From the NCBI GenBank assembly GCA_030646675.1, contig JAUSKX010000025.1, positions 1 through 48,708 on the forward strand: a DNA stretch of 48,708 nucleotides, read 5' to 3'. The notes under the pieces are model-generated. The model worked only from the letters and a program-made list of their open reading frames with translations. It was not told the DNA's origin and searched no databases. Below are positions 15,564 through 23,852 of this stretch, in pieces. The DNA is from Candidatus Azambacteria bacterium (GTDB taxonomy: Bacteria > Patescibacteriota > Minisyncoccia > UBA10092). Numbering within the stretch: the stretch's first letter is position 1; every line of letters starts with the position of its first letter. The translations under genes and the position numbers were made by a program.

Positions 15564-17821
15564 CTATCGTAATCTTTCGGTAAGTAATTATAGGGACCGC
15601 CGCTATAATTATTTTTTAACCAATTTTGCAGCGATTCTTCCCAGTTTTTGAATTGTGAGTCATTTTCCGGATTATTTGGCGGCGGTCCCTGCGGATTTGT
15701 TTTATCCAACCAGTACAAAATTTCATGTATTTCGGTAAACGACTTATTTTGAATTAAATCGGCGGGAGTTTTATCCGTTGACAAAAGGCCGTTATTTTTA
15801 TTTATTTTTAGATTAACCGTAATCTGATATTGCCCGTTAAGGATTGGCTTGTCGGTTAAAATAGGTTCTGGCTTGGTGAAATTTTCTATAGGCGTTCCTG
15901 CCAGCGCCTTTTTCATGAAATCATTCCAAATAGGGCCGGCGGCGCCGGAACCGCTTTTATCTACCGGCGTATTATCATTATTACCAGCCCAAACCCCCGC
16001 AACCAATGATGGCGTGTAACCGATAGTCCAAGCGTCCCGCGATTTAGTTTCGTCCTTGGGGTCTTGAGTGGTGCCGGTTTTGACCGCCGCCGGCCTATCG
16101 CCCAATGAAAGCGTACTGTATAAACCGAACATCGGCGCCCGAGCATTATTATCGGATAAGATTTCATTAATCTCTCTTGCCACCTGCTCTTTCATAACTC
16201 TTTGACCTTGTTCTTTATATTCTTCCAACACTTGTCCGTTGCCATCTTCGATTTTTAATATGCCGGTCGGCTCCCTTTTAATTCCTTCTTGGTCAAAAAC
16301 ACTATAGGCCGAAGTCATATCCAATAATTTAACTTCAGCGGCCCCCAGTACCAAAGAGAGTCCATAGCGTGAGCGGTCTTTTAGCGTAGTAATGCCCAAA
16401 CTTTCTGCCATATCTATAGAATTATTTATACCGGCTAGGTATAAAACTTTGGCCGATGGAATATTTAACGAATTAGCCAGCGCCTGCTTTAGAGTAACGG
16501 GACCCCTCACTTTGCCATCGTAATTTTTTGGTTTATAGCACGTCTCCGGGTCAACTCCCGGACCGGCGATGCCGTCCCAAGAGCATTGCGGATTGAATTC
16601 TGTGGGAATATCCCAAATTACAGTATCGGGAGTGTAGCCATTATTTATTGCCGTGGCATAAACAAATGGCTTAAAGGCCGAACCAGGCTGTCTTAATCTT
16701 GTTGTCACATTAACATTTGGTTCAAATTGACAATTTTTTCCCGGCTCGCAACCCTCCGGTTCCGACGTTCCATCGTAATTTTTAGAACCAACCATCGCCA
16801 AAATTTGGTCGGTTTTAGGGTCGATGGCTAATAAAGCGGCGTTCTTAACATTAAACGCCTCGTTGCGCTTGGCCCCGTCTTCCACTGATTTTTCGGCAAT
16901 TTTTTGTAAATCAAAATTAAGTGTTGTCGTGACCTTCAGTCCGCCCTTCTCAACAACATCTTCCCCGTATTTTTCGGTTATATAGTCGCGGATAAACATT
17001 ACAAAATGGGGCGCGGAAATATTGGTTTTTTGACCGACAAAATTAACAGTTGTTTTTAACGCATTATTATATTCGTCGTCGGAAATGTATTTTAATTCGT
17101 GCATTCGCCCCAAAATATAATTGGCGCGCGATTTTAATTCTTCTCCATGATTTCCATAGGGCGAATAATAAGACGTGGCTCTCGGCAGCGCGGTTAAATA
17201 CGCGGCTTCGGCCGCGTTCAGTTCTTTGGCATGTTTGTTAAAATATGTCTGCGCCGCCGCTTCAATACCATAGGAGTTGGAACCGTAAGGAATTTGGTTT
17301 AAATAAAAATTGAGAATTTCGTCTTTCGAATATCTTCTTTCAAGCGCAATCGCCAAAATAACCTCCTTAATTTTTCTGCTAAAAGTTCGTTCGGAGGAAA
17401 GATAGGCATTTTTTATAAGTTGTTGCGTAATGCTGGAGCCGCCCTCAAGCAGCGCCCCTCCTTTTATATCGGTCCAGACGGCCCGGAGAATTCCTCGGAT
17501 ATTAACGCCGGAATGATTATAGAACTCAACATCTTCGGCTACAATCGTCGCGTCTTTAACGACTTTAGGAATTTCCTCAAAGGGAATAATGGTCCGCTTT
17601 TCCTCGCCGTGAATTTCGTAGAGAAGGTTTTTATTTTCGCGGTCATATATTTTTGTCGATTGGATTACCCTTCTATCTTGCCAAGTATTGGGATTGGGTA
17701 ATTGGCGGCTATAGTAGAAGAATATTAAAATAAACAAAACAATCAAAATAAATAAGGCAATAATGCCCCAGAGGACCACGTGGGATAATAGTTGGCGTCG
17801 TTCCATATCTATTTTATACAA
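15560..17821 (-). CDS. Class A penicillin-binding protein (glycosyltransferase + transpeptidase)
   Basis: It has an N-terminal TM. The GT51 motifs are AEDVEFYNHSG, GGSSITQQL and RKIKE. The transpeptidase motifs are SAFKPF (SxxK), SLN and KTGTT. Confidence 0.9.
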   Translation of the reverse strand: MYKIDMERRQLLSHVVLWGIIALFILIVLFILIFFYYSRQLPNPNTWQDRRVIQSTKIYDRENKNLLYEIHGEEKRTIIPFEEIPKVVKDATIVAEDVEFYNHSGVNIRGILRAVWTDIKGGALLEGGSSITQQLIKNAYLSSERTFSRKIKEVILAIALERRYSKDEILNFYLNQIPYGSNSYGIEAAAQTYFNKHAKELNAAEAAYLTALPRATSYYSPYGNHGEELKSRANYILGRMHELKYISDDEYNNALKTTVNFVGQKTNISAPHFVMFIRDYITEKYGEDVVEKGGLKVTTTLNFDLQKIAEKSVEDGAKRNEAFNVKNAALLAIDPKTDQILAMVGSKNYDGTSEPEGCEPGKNCQFEPNVNVTTRLRQPGSAFKPFVYATAINNGYTPDTVIWDIPTEFNPQCSWDGIAGPGVDPETCYKPKNYDGKVRGPVTLKQALANSLNIPSAKVLYLAGINNSIDMAESLGITTLKDRSRYGLSLVLGAAEVKLLDMTSAYSVFDQEGIKREPTGILKIEDGNGQVLEEYKEQGQRVMKEQVAREINEILSDNNARAPMFGLYSTLSLGDRPAAVKTGTTQDPKDETKSRDAWTIGYTPSLVAGVWAGNNDNTPVDKSGSGAAGPIWNDFMKKALAGTPIENFTKPEPILTDKPILNGQYQITVNLKINKNNGLLSTDKTPADLIQNKSFTEIHEILYWLDKTNPQGPPPNNPENDSQFKNWEESLQNWLKNNYSGGPYNYLPKDYDS

Positions 17822-17835
17822 TAAAAATCACCAGT

Positions 17836-17864
17836 TTGGCAAAAATGGAATAATTTGCTAGAGT
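17836..17864 (+). promoter_or_regulatory. Candidate sigma70-type promoter of tyrS (TTGGCA-17-TAGAGT), giving a near-leaderless mRNA
   Basis: The -35 is at 17836-17841 and the -10 at 17859-17864. ATG 17872 begins 8 nt after the -10 and there is no SD. Confidence 0.4.
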
Positions 17865-17871
17865 CATATTT

Positions 17872-19077
17872 ATGAAGGTTATTACAGAAAAAACAAAAGT
17901 AGAATCACTTTTAACCAGAGCGGTTTCCGAAGTTATCGTCAGCGCTCATTTGAAAGAAGGGCTCGAATCCGGAAAAAAATTGAGAGTGAAATTTGGAATC
18001 GACCCGACCGCGCCCGATATTCATTTGGGGCACGCGGTTTCGTTGATGAAACTAAAAGAGTTTCAAAATCTTGGCCACCAAGCGGTTTTAATCATTGGCG
18101 ACTTTACGGCCAGAATTGGCGACCCCACGGGAAGAATTGAAGCTAGAAAAATATTGTCGCCCCAGGCGATAAAACAAAATTTAAAAGGATATTTAAAACA
18201 AGCAGGTAAAATAATTGATATAGAAAAAACAGAGATTCGCTATAATAATGAGTGGTTTGGTAAAATGGGGGCGGTGGAATTTTATAATCTGGCCGGAAAA
18301 GTCACCGTTCAGCAGATTATTAAAAGAGAAGATTTTAAAAAAAGAATTCAAAACGACCAAAATCTCACATTGAACGAAATGATGTATCCGATTTTTCAAG
18401 GATACGACTCGGTTATGGTTAAGGCCGATATTGAAATTGGCGGCGAAGACCAAAAAGTTAATCTATTAATGGGGCGCAGGGTTCAGCGGGCATATGGGAT
18501 GCCGGAGCAAGATATTTTAACATTATGGCTTCTTGAGGGGACAGACGGCACTAAGAAAATGAGTAAGAGCAGCGGTAATTTTATTGGCGTATCCGAAAAG
18601 CCGGAAATAATGTTTGGGAAAATTATGTCCATTCCGGACGCTCTTATTGTTAAATATTTTAGGGCGCTTACCGCGGTTCCGGATTTAAATATTGATAAAT
18701 TTGAAGAAGAATTGAAAAACCCGAAAATTAATCCTAGGGATATCAAAAAAATATTAGCCGGCGAAATTGTTAAGATTTATCATGGAGAGAAAAAAGCGGA
18801 AAAAGCGATGGCGGAATTTGAGAGGGTTTTTACCAAGAAAGAATTACCGGAAAACATTCAAGAAATTACTATTACCGCAAAGAAGCGCGATATTGTAGAA
18901 TTATTGATTCAATTGCATTTAGCGCTATCCAAGGGTGAAGCCCGCCGTTTGGTCATCGGAAATGCAGTAAAAGTGGATGGTAAAATAATCAGCGATTTCA
19001 AAGCGGAAATTAATGCGCGCTCGGGAATGATTGTGCAAGCCGGCAAGAGGCACTTCGCGCGAATTAAAACAAAATAA
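17872..19077 (+). CDS. tyrS: Tyrosyl-tRNA synthetase
   Basis: Class I signatures are present: PDIHLGH (HIGH) and KMSKSSGN (KMSKS). There is a C-terminal S4-like domain (SKGEARRLVIGNAVKVDG). Confidence 0.9.
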   Translation: MKVITEKTKVESLLTRAVSEVIVSAHLKEGLESGKKLRVKFGIDPTAPDIHLGHAVSLMKLKEFQNLGHQAVLIIGDFTARIGDPTGRIEARKILSPQAIKQNLKGYLKQAGKIIDIEKTEIRYNNEWFGKMGAVEFYNLAGKVTVQQIIKREDFKKRIQNDQNLTLNEMMYPIFQGYDSVMVKADIEIGGEDQKVNLLMGRRVQRAYGMPEQDILTLWLLEGTDGTKKMSKSSGNFIGVSEKPEIMFGKIMSIPDALIVKYFRALTAVPDLNIDKFEEELKNPKINPRDIKKILAGEIVKIYHGEKKAEKAMAEFERVFTKKELPENIQEITITAKKRDIVELLIQLHLALSKGEARRLVIGNAVKVDGKIISDFKAEINARSGMIVQAGKRHFARIKTK

Positions 19078-19104
19078 AATAACCCCGCTTAGCGGGGTTA
19101 TTTT
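19076..19104. terminator. Bidirectional intrinsic terminator (AAAATAACCCCGC-TTA-GCGGGGTTATTTT)
   Basis: A perfect GC-rich hairpin flanked by an A-run and a T-run, placed between the convergent tyrS and the ruvC-side small ORF. Its core is CCCCGCTTAGCGGGG. Confidence 0.7.
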
Positions 19105-19105
19105 A

Positions 19106-19285
19106 TTATATTTCCTCTTCCTCCTCTTCCTCCTTTTCCTTAAAGCCATCCTCGGCGGAATCGGCGGTTTCGTCAAATCCCAAATCTTTTGAACTTTTCG
19201 GCATTAAAATACCATCTTCTTCGCCCATGCCCATTTCGGGGACCTCCGGGTCGGGGTCTACTAATTCGTCTTCTTCTATGGTCAT
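19106..19285 (-). CDS. Possible 59-aa highly acidic small protein (not in the ORF track)
   Basis: My hand translation is MTIEEDELVDPDPEVPEMGMGEEDGILMPKSSKDLGFDETADSAEDGFKEKEEEEEEEI. The ATG lies 4 nt after the ruvC stop, and the ORF ends 1 nt before the terminator hairpin. There is no homology evidence. Confidence 0.35.
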   Translation of the reverse strand: MTIEEDELVDPDPEVPEMGMGEEDGILMPKSSKDLGFDETADSAEDGFKEKEEEEEEEI

Positions 19286-19289
19286 GTTT

Positions 19290-19778
19290 TTATTTATTAA
19301 TGAATAATTTAGGGCTAGTATAACAGGCTGTCAAGGCGATGGCAAGGGCGTCGCTGGTGTCGTCTAATTTGGGTTTTTTCTCGATATTCAGAATCCTGCA
19401 AACCATTTGTCTGACCTGTTCTTTTTCCGCTCTGCCGTATCCCGTTACGGCAAGTTTAACTTCCAATGGCGTGAAGTCGAAAATTTTAAGATTGGCGTTG
19501 TTGGCGTTGTTAAAAATGACGCCGCGGGCCTCGGAGACATCAAGCGCCGTTTTTACATTTTTTGTAAAAAATATTTTTTCAATCGCCAAAATTTCCGGGT
19601 GGTATTTCACAATTAAATCGGAAACAAATTTGGAAATTTCACCCAGGCGTTCTTTTTGTCCTTTAACTTTCGGCTCCAAACACCCGCAAGTCATTAAAAT
19701 AAGATTGTCGCTATCTTTTTTTTCGATAACCGCGTAGCCGATTCTTGTGGTGCCCGGGTCAATCCCCAATATTATCAT
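19290..19778 (-). CDS. ruvC: Holliday junction resolvase RuvC
   Basis: The N-terminus is MIILGIDPGTTRIGYAVIE. The conserved acidic residues include IEKIFF and a C-terminal DTSDALAIAL. Confidence 0.9.
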   Translation of the reverse strand: MIILGIDPGTTRIGYAVIEKKDSDNLILMTCGCLEPKVKGQKERLGEISKFVSDLIVKYHPEILAIEKIFFTKNVKTALDVSEARGVIFNNANNANLKIFDFTPLEVKLAVTGYGRAEKEQVRQMVCRILNIEKKPKLDDTSDALAIALTACYTSPKLFINK

Positions 19779-20298
19779 ATATTTCGGTTACTTCTTGCTG
19801 GTCGTCCAACGCCTCACAAAGGGACTCCAGTTCTTTTTTAATATTTTCATCTTCTATTTTTACGGGACTGTTGGCCGCCCAATCGGCCCCATCGCGGCGA
19901 AAGAGCCATTGGATGGAATTTAATTCGGCGAATTTAGCATTGTGAGCCGGTAAAATTTTTTTAATTTCCGCCAACGTTCTATTTTTATTATCGGTAACGG
20001 CGGTGATTAAAAAAACCGAACCGCCGGCGCCGAAGGCGCCGTAAGCGACCTCTTCAAGCGCGGCGCCGGCAATTTCTCCCGTGCCCCGTTTTATGGCGCG
20101 CTCAATGTTTTCTTTTGGGACATTAACTTCGCGGGCGTTTTCAATCATCGTCCGCAAATTCGGATTTTTGTCGGGGTCGCCGCCTTTTCTGGCGGCGATG
20201 GTTATGAGCGAGGTAATCTTGGAAAAAACCTTGGACCTCTTGGCGTCCGTCAGAGCTTTTTTGTGTTTGATTGTCGACCACTTAGAGTGTCCGGACAT
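19759..20298 (-). CDS. YebC/PmpR-family protein (short form)
   Basis: I chose the start at ATG 20298, giving MSGHSKWSTIKHKKALTDAKRSK, the invariant YebC N-terminus. The ORF-track 5' extension to 20520 runs into ruvB and is rejected. Confidence 0.85.
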   Translation of the reverse strand: MSGHSKWSTIKHKKALTDAKRSKVFSKITSLITIAARKGGDPDKNPNLRTMIENAREVNVPKENIERAIKRGTGEIAGAALEEVAYGAFGAGGSVFLITAVTDNKNRTLAEIKKILPAHNAKFAELNSIQWLFRRDGADWAANSPVKIEDENIKKELESLCEALDDQQEVTEIYDNIGD

Positions 20299-20302
20299 GT
20301 TT

Positions 20303-21322
20303 TTACAGTAAATTCTGATTTTCCGGAGGGAGTTGAAAGCCCAAATGCTCGTAGGCGAGTTTGGTGGCGATGCGGCCGCGGGCGGTGCGCTGTAGAAAAC
20401 CGATTTGGAGCAGGTACGGCTCGTTAATATCTTCAATCGTATCCAGCTCTTCCGAAGTGGCAGCGGCCAGCGCCTGCAGTCCAACCGGCCCGCCGTTAAA
20501 TTTCTTGATAATCGCCTCAATCAAGCGCCGATCGGTTGATTCGAGGCCGAGTTCATCAACTTCCAAAAGAGCCAGCGCCTTTTGGGTGATATTTTTATTT
20601 ATTATTCCTTCTCCTTCAACCTCGGCGTAATCGCGCACTCTTTTAAGTAAGCGATTGGCTACGCGGGGGGTGCATCTTGAAGAGGTGGCGATTTGCCTCA
20701 AAGCGTCGGGTTCCGTTTGGAGGTTCATCAGCGAGGCGGACCTTTTTAAAATTTTTTCAATATCTTCTAGGTTATAAAAATCCAATCGGAAAGTGACGCC
20801 AAATCTGGAGCGGAGCGGATTGGTTAACAGGCCGACCCGGGTGGTTGCCGCAATCAACGAAAACGGAGGCAAGTCCAATTGAAGGGTTCTTGCCGAAGGG
20901 CCCTTTCCTATAATAATATGAAGCATGCGGTTTTCCATCGCCGGATAGAGAATCTCTTCAACTGTTTTGTTAAGCCGGTGCGCTTCGTCTATAAATAATA
21001 TATCGCCGCTGTTGAGATTGGTTAAAATAGAAGCCAGGTCGCCGACTTTCTCAATCGCCGGCCCGGATGTTATTCTTATGTTAGCTCCCATTTCTCTGGC
21101 TACTATATAGGCTAGCGTGGTTTTGCCTAGGCCGGCCGGGCCGTATAAAAGCAGATGGTCAATCGGTTCGGAGCGTTTTTTTGCCGCTTCCAAAAGAATC
21201 TTCAGGTTGGCCTTGACCTTATCTTGACCAATATACTCATCCCAGACGCGGGGACGCAGCGCTTGGTCGAGCGTCTTGTCTTCCGGCTTCAGTTTTGAAG
21301 TTGTCGCGTTTATATCGTCCAT
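20303..21322 (-). CDS. ruvB: Holliday junction branch-migration ATPase RuvB
   Basis: Recognisable motifs are LRPRVWDEYIGQ, Walker A GPAGLGKTT, Walker B LFIDEAHRL, the sensor TTRVGLLTNPLRSRF, and a winged-helix C-terminus. Confidence 0.95.
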   Translation of the reverse strand: MDDINATTSKLKPEDKTLDQALRPRVWDEYIGQDKVKANLKILLEAAKKRSEPIDHLLLYGPAGLGKTTLAYIVAREMGANIRITSGPAIEKVGDLASILTNLNSGDILFIDEAHRLNKTVEEILYPAMENRMLHIIIGKGPSARTLQLDLPPFSLIAATTRVGLLTNPLRSRFGVTFRLDFYNLEDIEKILKRSASLMNLQTEPDALRQIATSSRCTPRVANRLLKRVRDYAEVEGEGIINKNITQKALALLEVDELGLESTDRRLIEAIIKKFNGGPVGLQALAAATSEELDTIEDINEPYLLQIGFLQRTARGRIATKLAYEHLGFQLPPENQNLL

Positions 21323-21351
21323 TTGACAAAAGTGTTTATTTTTAGTATAAT
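21323..21351 (+). promoter_or_regulatory. Perfect-consensus sigma70 promoter TTGACA-17-TATAAT with no downstream plus-strand CDS
   Basis: TTGACA is at 21323-21328 and TATAAT at 21346-21351, with an exact 17-nt spacer. It begins 1 nt after the ruvB start codon, on the opposite strand. Confidence 0.6.
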
Positions 21352-21357
21352 CAGTAA

Positions 21358-21523
21358 GACTTTGAGAACAAAGTCGTTCTTAATGACCTCGAGGCAATAA
21401 AGGCTTTACACACTATTTGGCCTTTCCGGGGACTTTACTTGTTTGGGTGGCCCGGTTCCGACTGGGTTATTACACAAATTGGCCCTATCCCTTCAAGCCT
21501 GCTTGAAGGACTATTGCCTCGAG
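21358..21523 (+). ncRNA. Candidate structured small RNA of unknown class
   Basis: It would start about 7 nt after the consensus -10. There is a 5' hairpin GACTTTG-AGAA-CAAAGTC (21358-21375). A 12-bp closing stem CTCGAGGCAATA/TATTGCCTCGAG (21388-21399 with 21512-21523) encloses an 8-bp hairpin CCTTCAAG-CCTG-CTTGAAGG (21490-21509). There is no coding potential. Confidence 0.4.
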
Positions 21524-21527
21524 ATTA

Positions 21528-23195
21528 TTAAGAGCGAAAACTGCCAAGAACTCTCTCCGCCTCCTCAATGGTGGTAACGCCGTCGAGGATTTTTATAACC
21601 GCGTCTTGCGCCATGGTGACCATTCCGGATTTTAGGGCGACTTCTTTCAGTTCCGCTTCAGCCGGCGATTTCAAAATCATTTTTTCAATCTCATCAGTGA
21701 TTTCAAATAATTCCAACACAGCTACCCGCCCCGAATAGCCGCTATGGCAATCCTGACAGCCCTGCGGTTCCAATATCTGCGATTTTTCATCCAGTTTATT
21801 TTTTAGCTCGGCTCTTGCCGGCAAATTTGCGATTATTTTTTTAAAATCCTGCAATTCTTCTTTGGTTAAGGGTCTTTTTTTGGCGCATTTCGGACAAACT
21901 CTTCTTAAAAGCCGCTGCGCGATTACCAGATTGATGGCTGGCGCTATAATTGGCGGCTTAACTCCCAAATCTATTAAACGAGGGACGGCTCCAATAGCGT
22001 CGTTAGTGTGCAAAGTTGAGAAAACAAGATGTCCGGTCAAGGCCGCGTGCATAGAGATTTCCGCGGTTTCATAATCGCGAATTTCTCCTACAAGAATGAC
22101 GTCCGGGTCTTGGCGGACAATTGATTTCAGGCCGTTATCAAAAGTGTACCCCTTCTCCGGTTCAACCTGTGTTTGTGAAATTCCAGCAATGCGATATTCG
22201 ATAGGGTCTTCAATGGTAATGATTTTAATATCAGGAGTAAGAATTTTTTTAATAAAGGCGTAAAGAGTTGTGGTTTTTCCCGAGCCGGTCGGGCCGGTGG
22301 AAAGAATCATTCCGGTTGGCTTCTGTAATTCCCGGTTAATTATTGTTAAGTCGTCTTCCCTTATTCCTAAATCTTGAAGATTTATTTTTACTACGCGCGG
22401 GTCCAAAATTCTCATCACAATGTTTTCGCCGTAGGCGCCCGGCAATGCGGAAGTTCTGATTTCAATGGCTTCACCGCCGTTGGTTATGCCGAATCTTCCA
22501 TCTTGGGCTTTTTCGCGGATATTTAATTTCAAACCCGACAGTAATTTGATTCTGTTGAGCGCCAACAAGTAGGTTGCCGAAGGGATTTCAACAATGTTTT
22601 CCAAAATTCCATCAAGGCGGAATCGGATGCGAACATTGTTTTTTTCCGGTTCGAAATGAATATCCGATGCTTTTAGAATCAACGCTCCCGCTAAAACCGC
22701 CTCAACTATTTGAGACGCCCTTGCTTCGAATAATCCTTCCAAAACTTTTTGCAGAGTTTCAATGCCGGTAATTTTTTTCTGCAACTCAACTAAAGCGTCG
22801 GTTGAAATTTCAACTTGGCCGGTTATTTCTTTTACCGTTTCCAGAGATGAATAATGAGCGAGCGCCTTCTTTAAACTGCTTTCTGAAATAATAAAAATTT
22901 TCACTTCATAACCGGATTTTTGAAAATCAGAAATCAATAATTGAGTTTCTTTGTCGTTGGGGCTCAAAACACCAAGGTGTAGTATTTTGTATTCTTCATT
23001 AATGGCGACGGCGCCGGCTTTTATAGCTTTTTCTTTCGGTATTAATTTTAGCGCGTCGACTTCAATTGGGATAAAAGACAGGTCAAGATAGGGAAAATTG
23101 GTTTTTCCCGCCAAAAGCTTCGCGCGCCCCTCTTCTTCTTCGCGATGGACATTGGCTAAAAGCTCTTCTTGTTTTTCTTCCCCTTTAAAAACCAT
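21528..23195 (-). CDS. pilB: GspE/PilB-family secretion/pilus assembly ATPase
   Basis: Walker A is GPTGSGKTTTLYA, with Asp and His boxes (IRDYETAEI, GHLVFSTLHTN) and a tetracysteine motif (CPKC...CQDCH). No pilC or pilM is adjacent in the window. Confidence 0.9.
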   Translation of the reverse strand: MVFKGEEKQEELLANVHREEEEGRAKLLAGKTNFPYLDLSFIPIEVDALKLIPKEKAIKAGAVAINEEYKILHLGVLSPNDKETQLLISDFQKSGYEVKIFIISESSLKKALAHYSSLETVKEITGQVEISTDALVELQKKITGIETLQKVLEGLFEARASQIVEAVLAGALILKASDIHFEPEKNNVRIRFRLDGILENIVEIPSATYLLALNRIKLLSGLKLNIREKAQDGRFGITNGGEAIEIRTSALPGAYGENIVMRILDPRVVKINLQDLGIREDDLTIINRELQKPTGMILSTGPTGSGKTTTLYAFIKKILTPDIKIITIEDPIEYRIAGISQTQVEPEKGYTFDNGLKSIVRQDPDVILVGEIRDYETAEISMHAALTGHLVFSTLHTNDAIGAVPRLIDLGVKPPIIAPAINLVIAQRLLRRVCPKCAKKRPLTKEELQDFKKIIANLPARAELKNKLDEKSQILEPQGCQDCHSGYSGRVAVLELFEITDEIEKMILKSPAEAELKEVALKSGMVTMAQDAVIKILDGVTTIEEAERVLGSFRS

Positions 23196-23335
23196 AATTT
23201 AATCTTTATTAGGGAACATACCGCCGTTAAATCGGCTCCGTCAACTTTTCTGTGGATAAGTCAGGTAGTAGAACTTTGACCGCCTATGGCAATTACATTT
23301 TCGCTACAGCGAAAATGTTGTCAAAGTTTCACTAC

Positions 23336-23363
23336 TTGATAAGTTTTAATAAACTTTTATAAT
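23336..23363 (+). promoter_or_regulatory. Candidate promoter of tsaE (TTGATA-16-TATAAT)
   Basis: The -35 is at 23336-23341 and the -10 at 23358-23363. GGGGAG lies just before ATG 23391. Confidence 0.45.
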
Positions 23364-23390
23364 CTGGGTTTATTTGCTACGATTGGGGAG

Positions 23391-23852
23391 ATGCCGACAA
23401 ACAAAATAATCACTAATTCGTCGCAAGAAACCAAGAAGGCCGGCATGGAGCTGGCCATGGCTATAAAGGATGGAAAAACAGCGGCAAAATACGCCACGGT
23501 AATTGCTTTTGAGGGCGATTTAGGATCGGGAAAAACAACTTTTATCCAAGGGCTGGCCGCGGAACTCGGCGTTAAAGAAAATGTTTTAAGCCCGACGTTT
23601 GTCATTCAAAAAGATTTTTCATTATCTCTTGAAAATTATAAGAATTTTTATCACATTGACGCCTATCGGTTGAAAAACTCTGAAGAACTTTTGGAGTTGG
23701 GATTTAGCGACTTGGTAAAAAATCCGGAAAATATAATTGTCATAGAATGGGCGGATAAGATTAAAAATATTTTGCCAAGCAATGTCATTAATATTAATTT
23801 TGAGAATTTGGGGGAAGATAAGAGGAGGTTAATAATTAATTTTAAAATCTAA
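23391..23852 (+). CDS. tsaE: tRNA t6A biosynthesis ATPase TsaE (YjeE)
   Basis: The P-loop is EGDLGSGKTTFIQGLA, followed by SPTF and HIDAYRL motifs typical of TsaE. Confidence 0.8.
   Translation: MPTNKIITNSSQETKKAGMELAMAIKDGKTAAKYATVIAFEGDLGSGKTTFIQGLAAELGVKENVLSPTFVIQKDFSLSLENYKNFYHIDAYRLKNSEELLELGFSDLVKNPENIIVIEWADKIKNILPSNVININFENLGEDKRRLIINFKI

Noticed and set aside
18925-19176. An 83-aa basic minus-strand ORF (MTKPPIPPRMALRKRRKRRKRK...) lies downstream of ruvC.
   Set aside because: It reads through the bidirectional terminator hairpin into the antisense strand of tyrS. The acidic 59-aa frame (19106-19285) fits the gap and the terminator far better, though it is itself only tentative.
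19759-20520. The ORF track gives the YebC-family gene as 253 aa, starting at 20520.
   Set aside because: The first 74 residues are Arg/Pro/Ser-rich and overlap the ruvB 3' end. The invariant YebC N-terminus MSGHSKW begins at ATG 20298, which I used instead. Similar 5' trimming was applied at 9959 to 10046, 26480 to 26537, 30847 to 30916, 37115 to 37148 and 48151 to 48166.
21358-21523. Assigning the orphan RNA to SRP RNA, 6S RNA, tmRNA or RNase P RNA.
   Set aside because: I could not find the SRP helix-8 motif, a 6S-style pairing of the 5' and 3' ends with a central bubble, a tRNA-like CCA end, or the RNase P GGAAAGUCC core. The minus-strand stretch GUCCCCGGAAAGGCC only loosely resembles the SRP apical loop. 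The class is left unknown.
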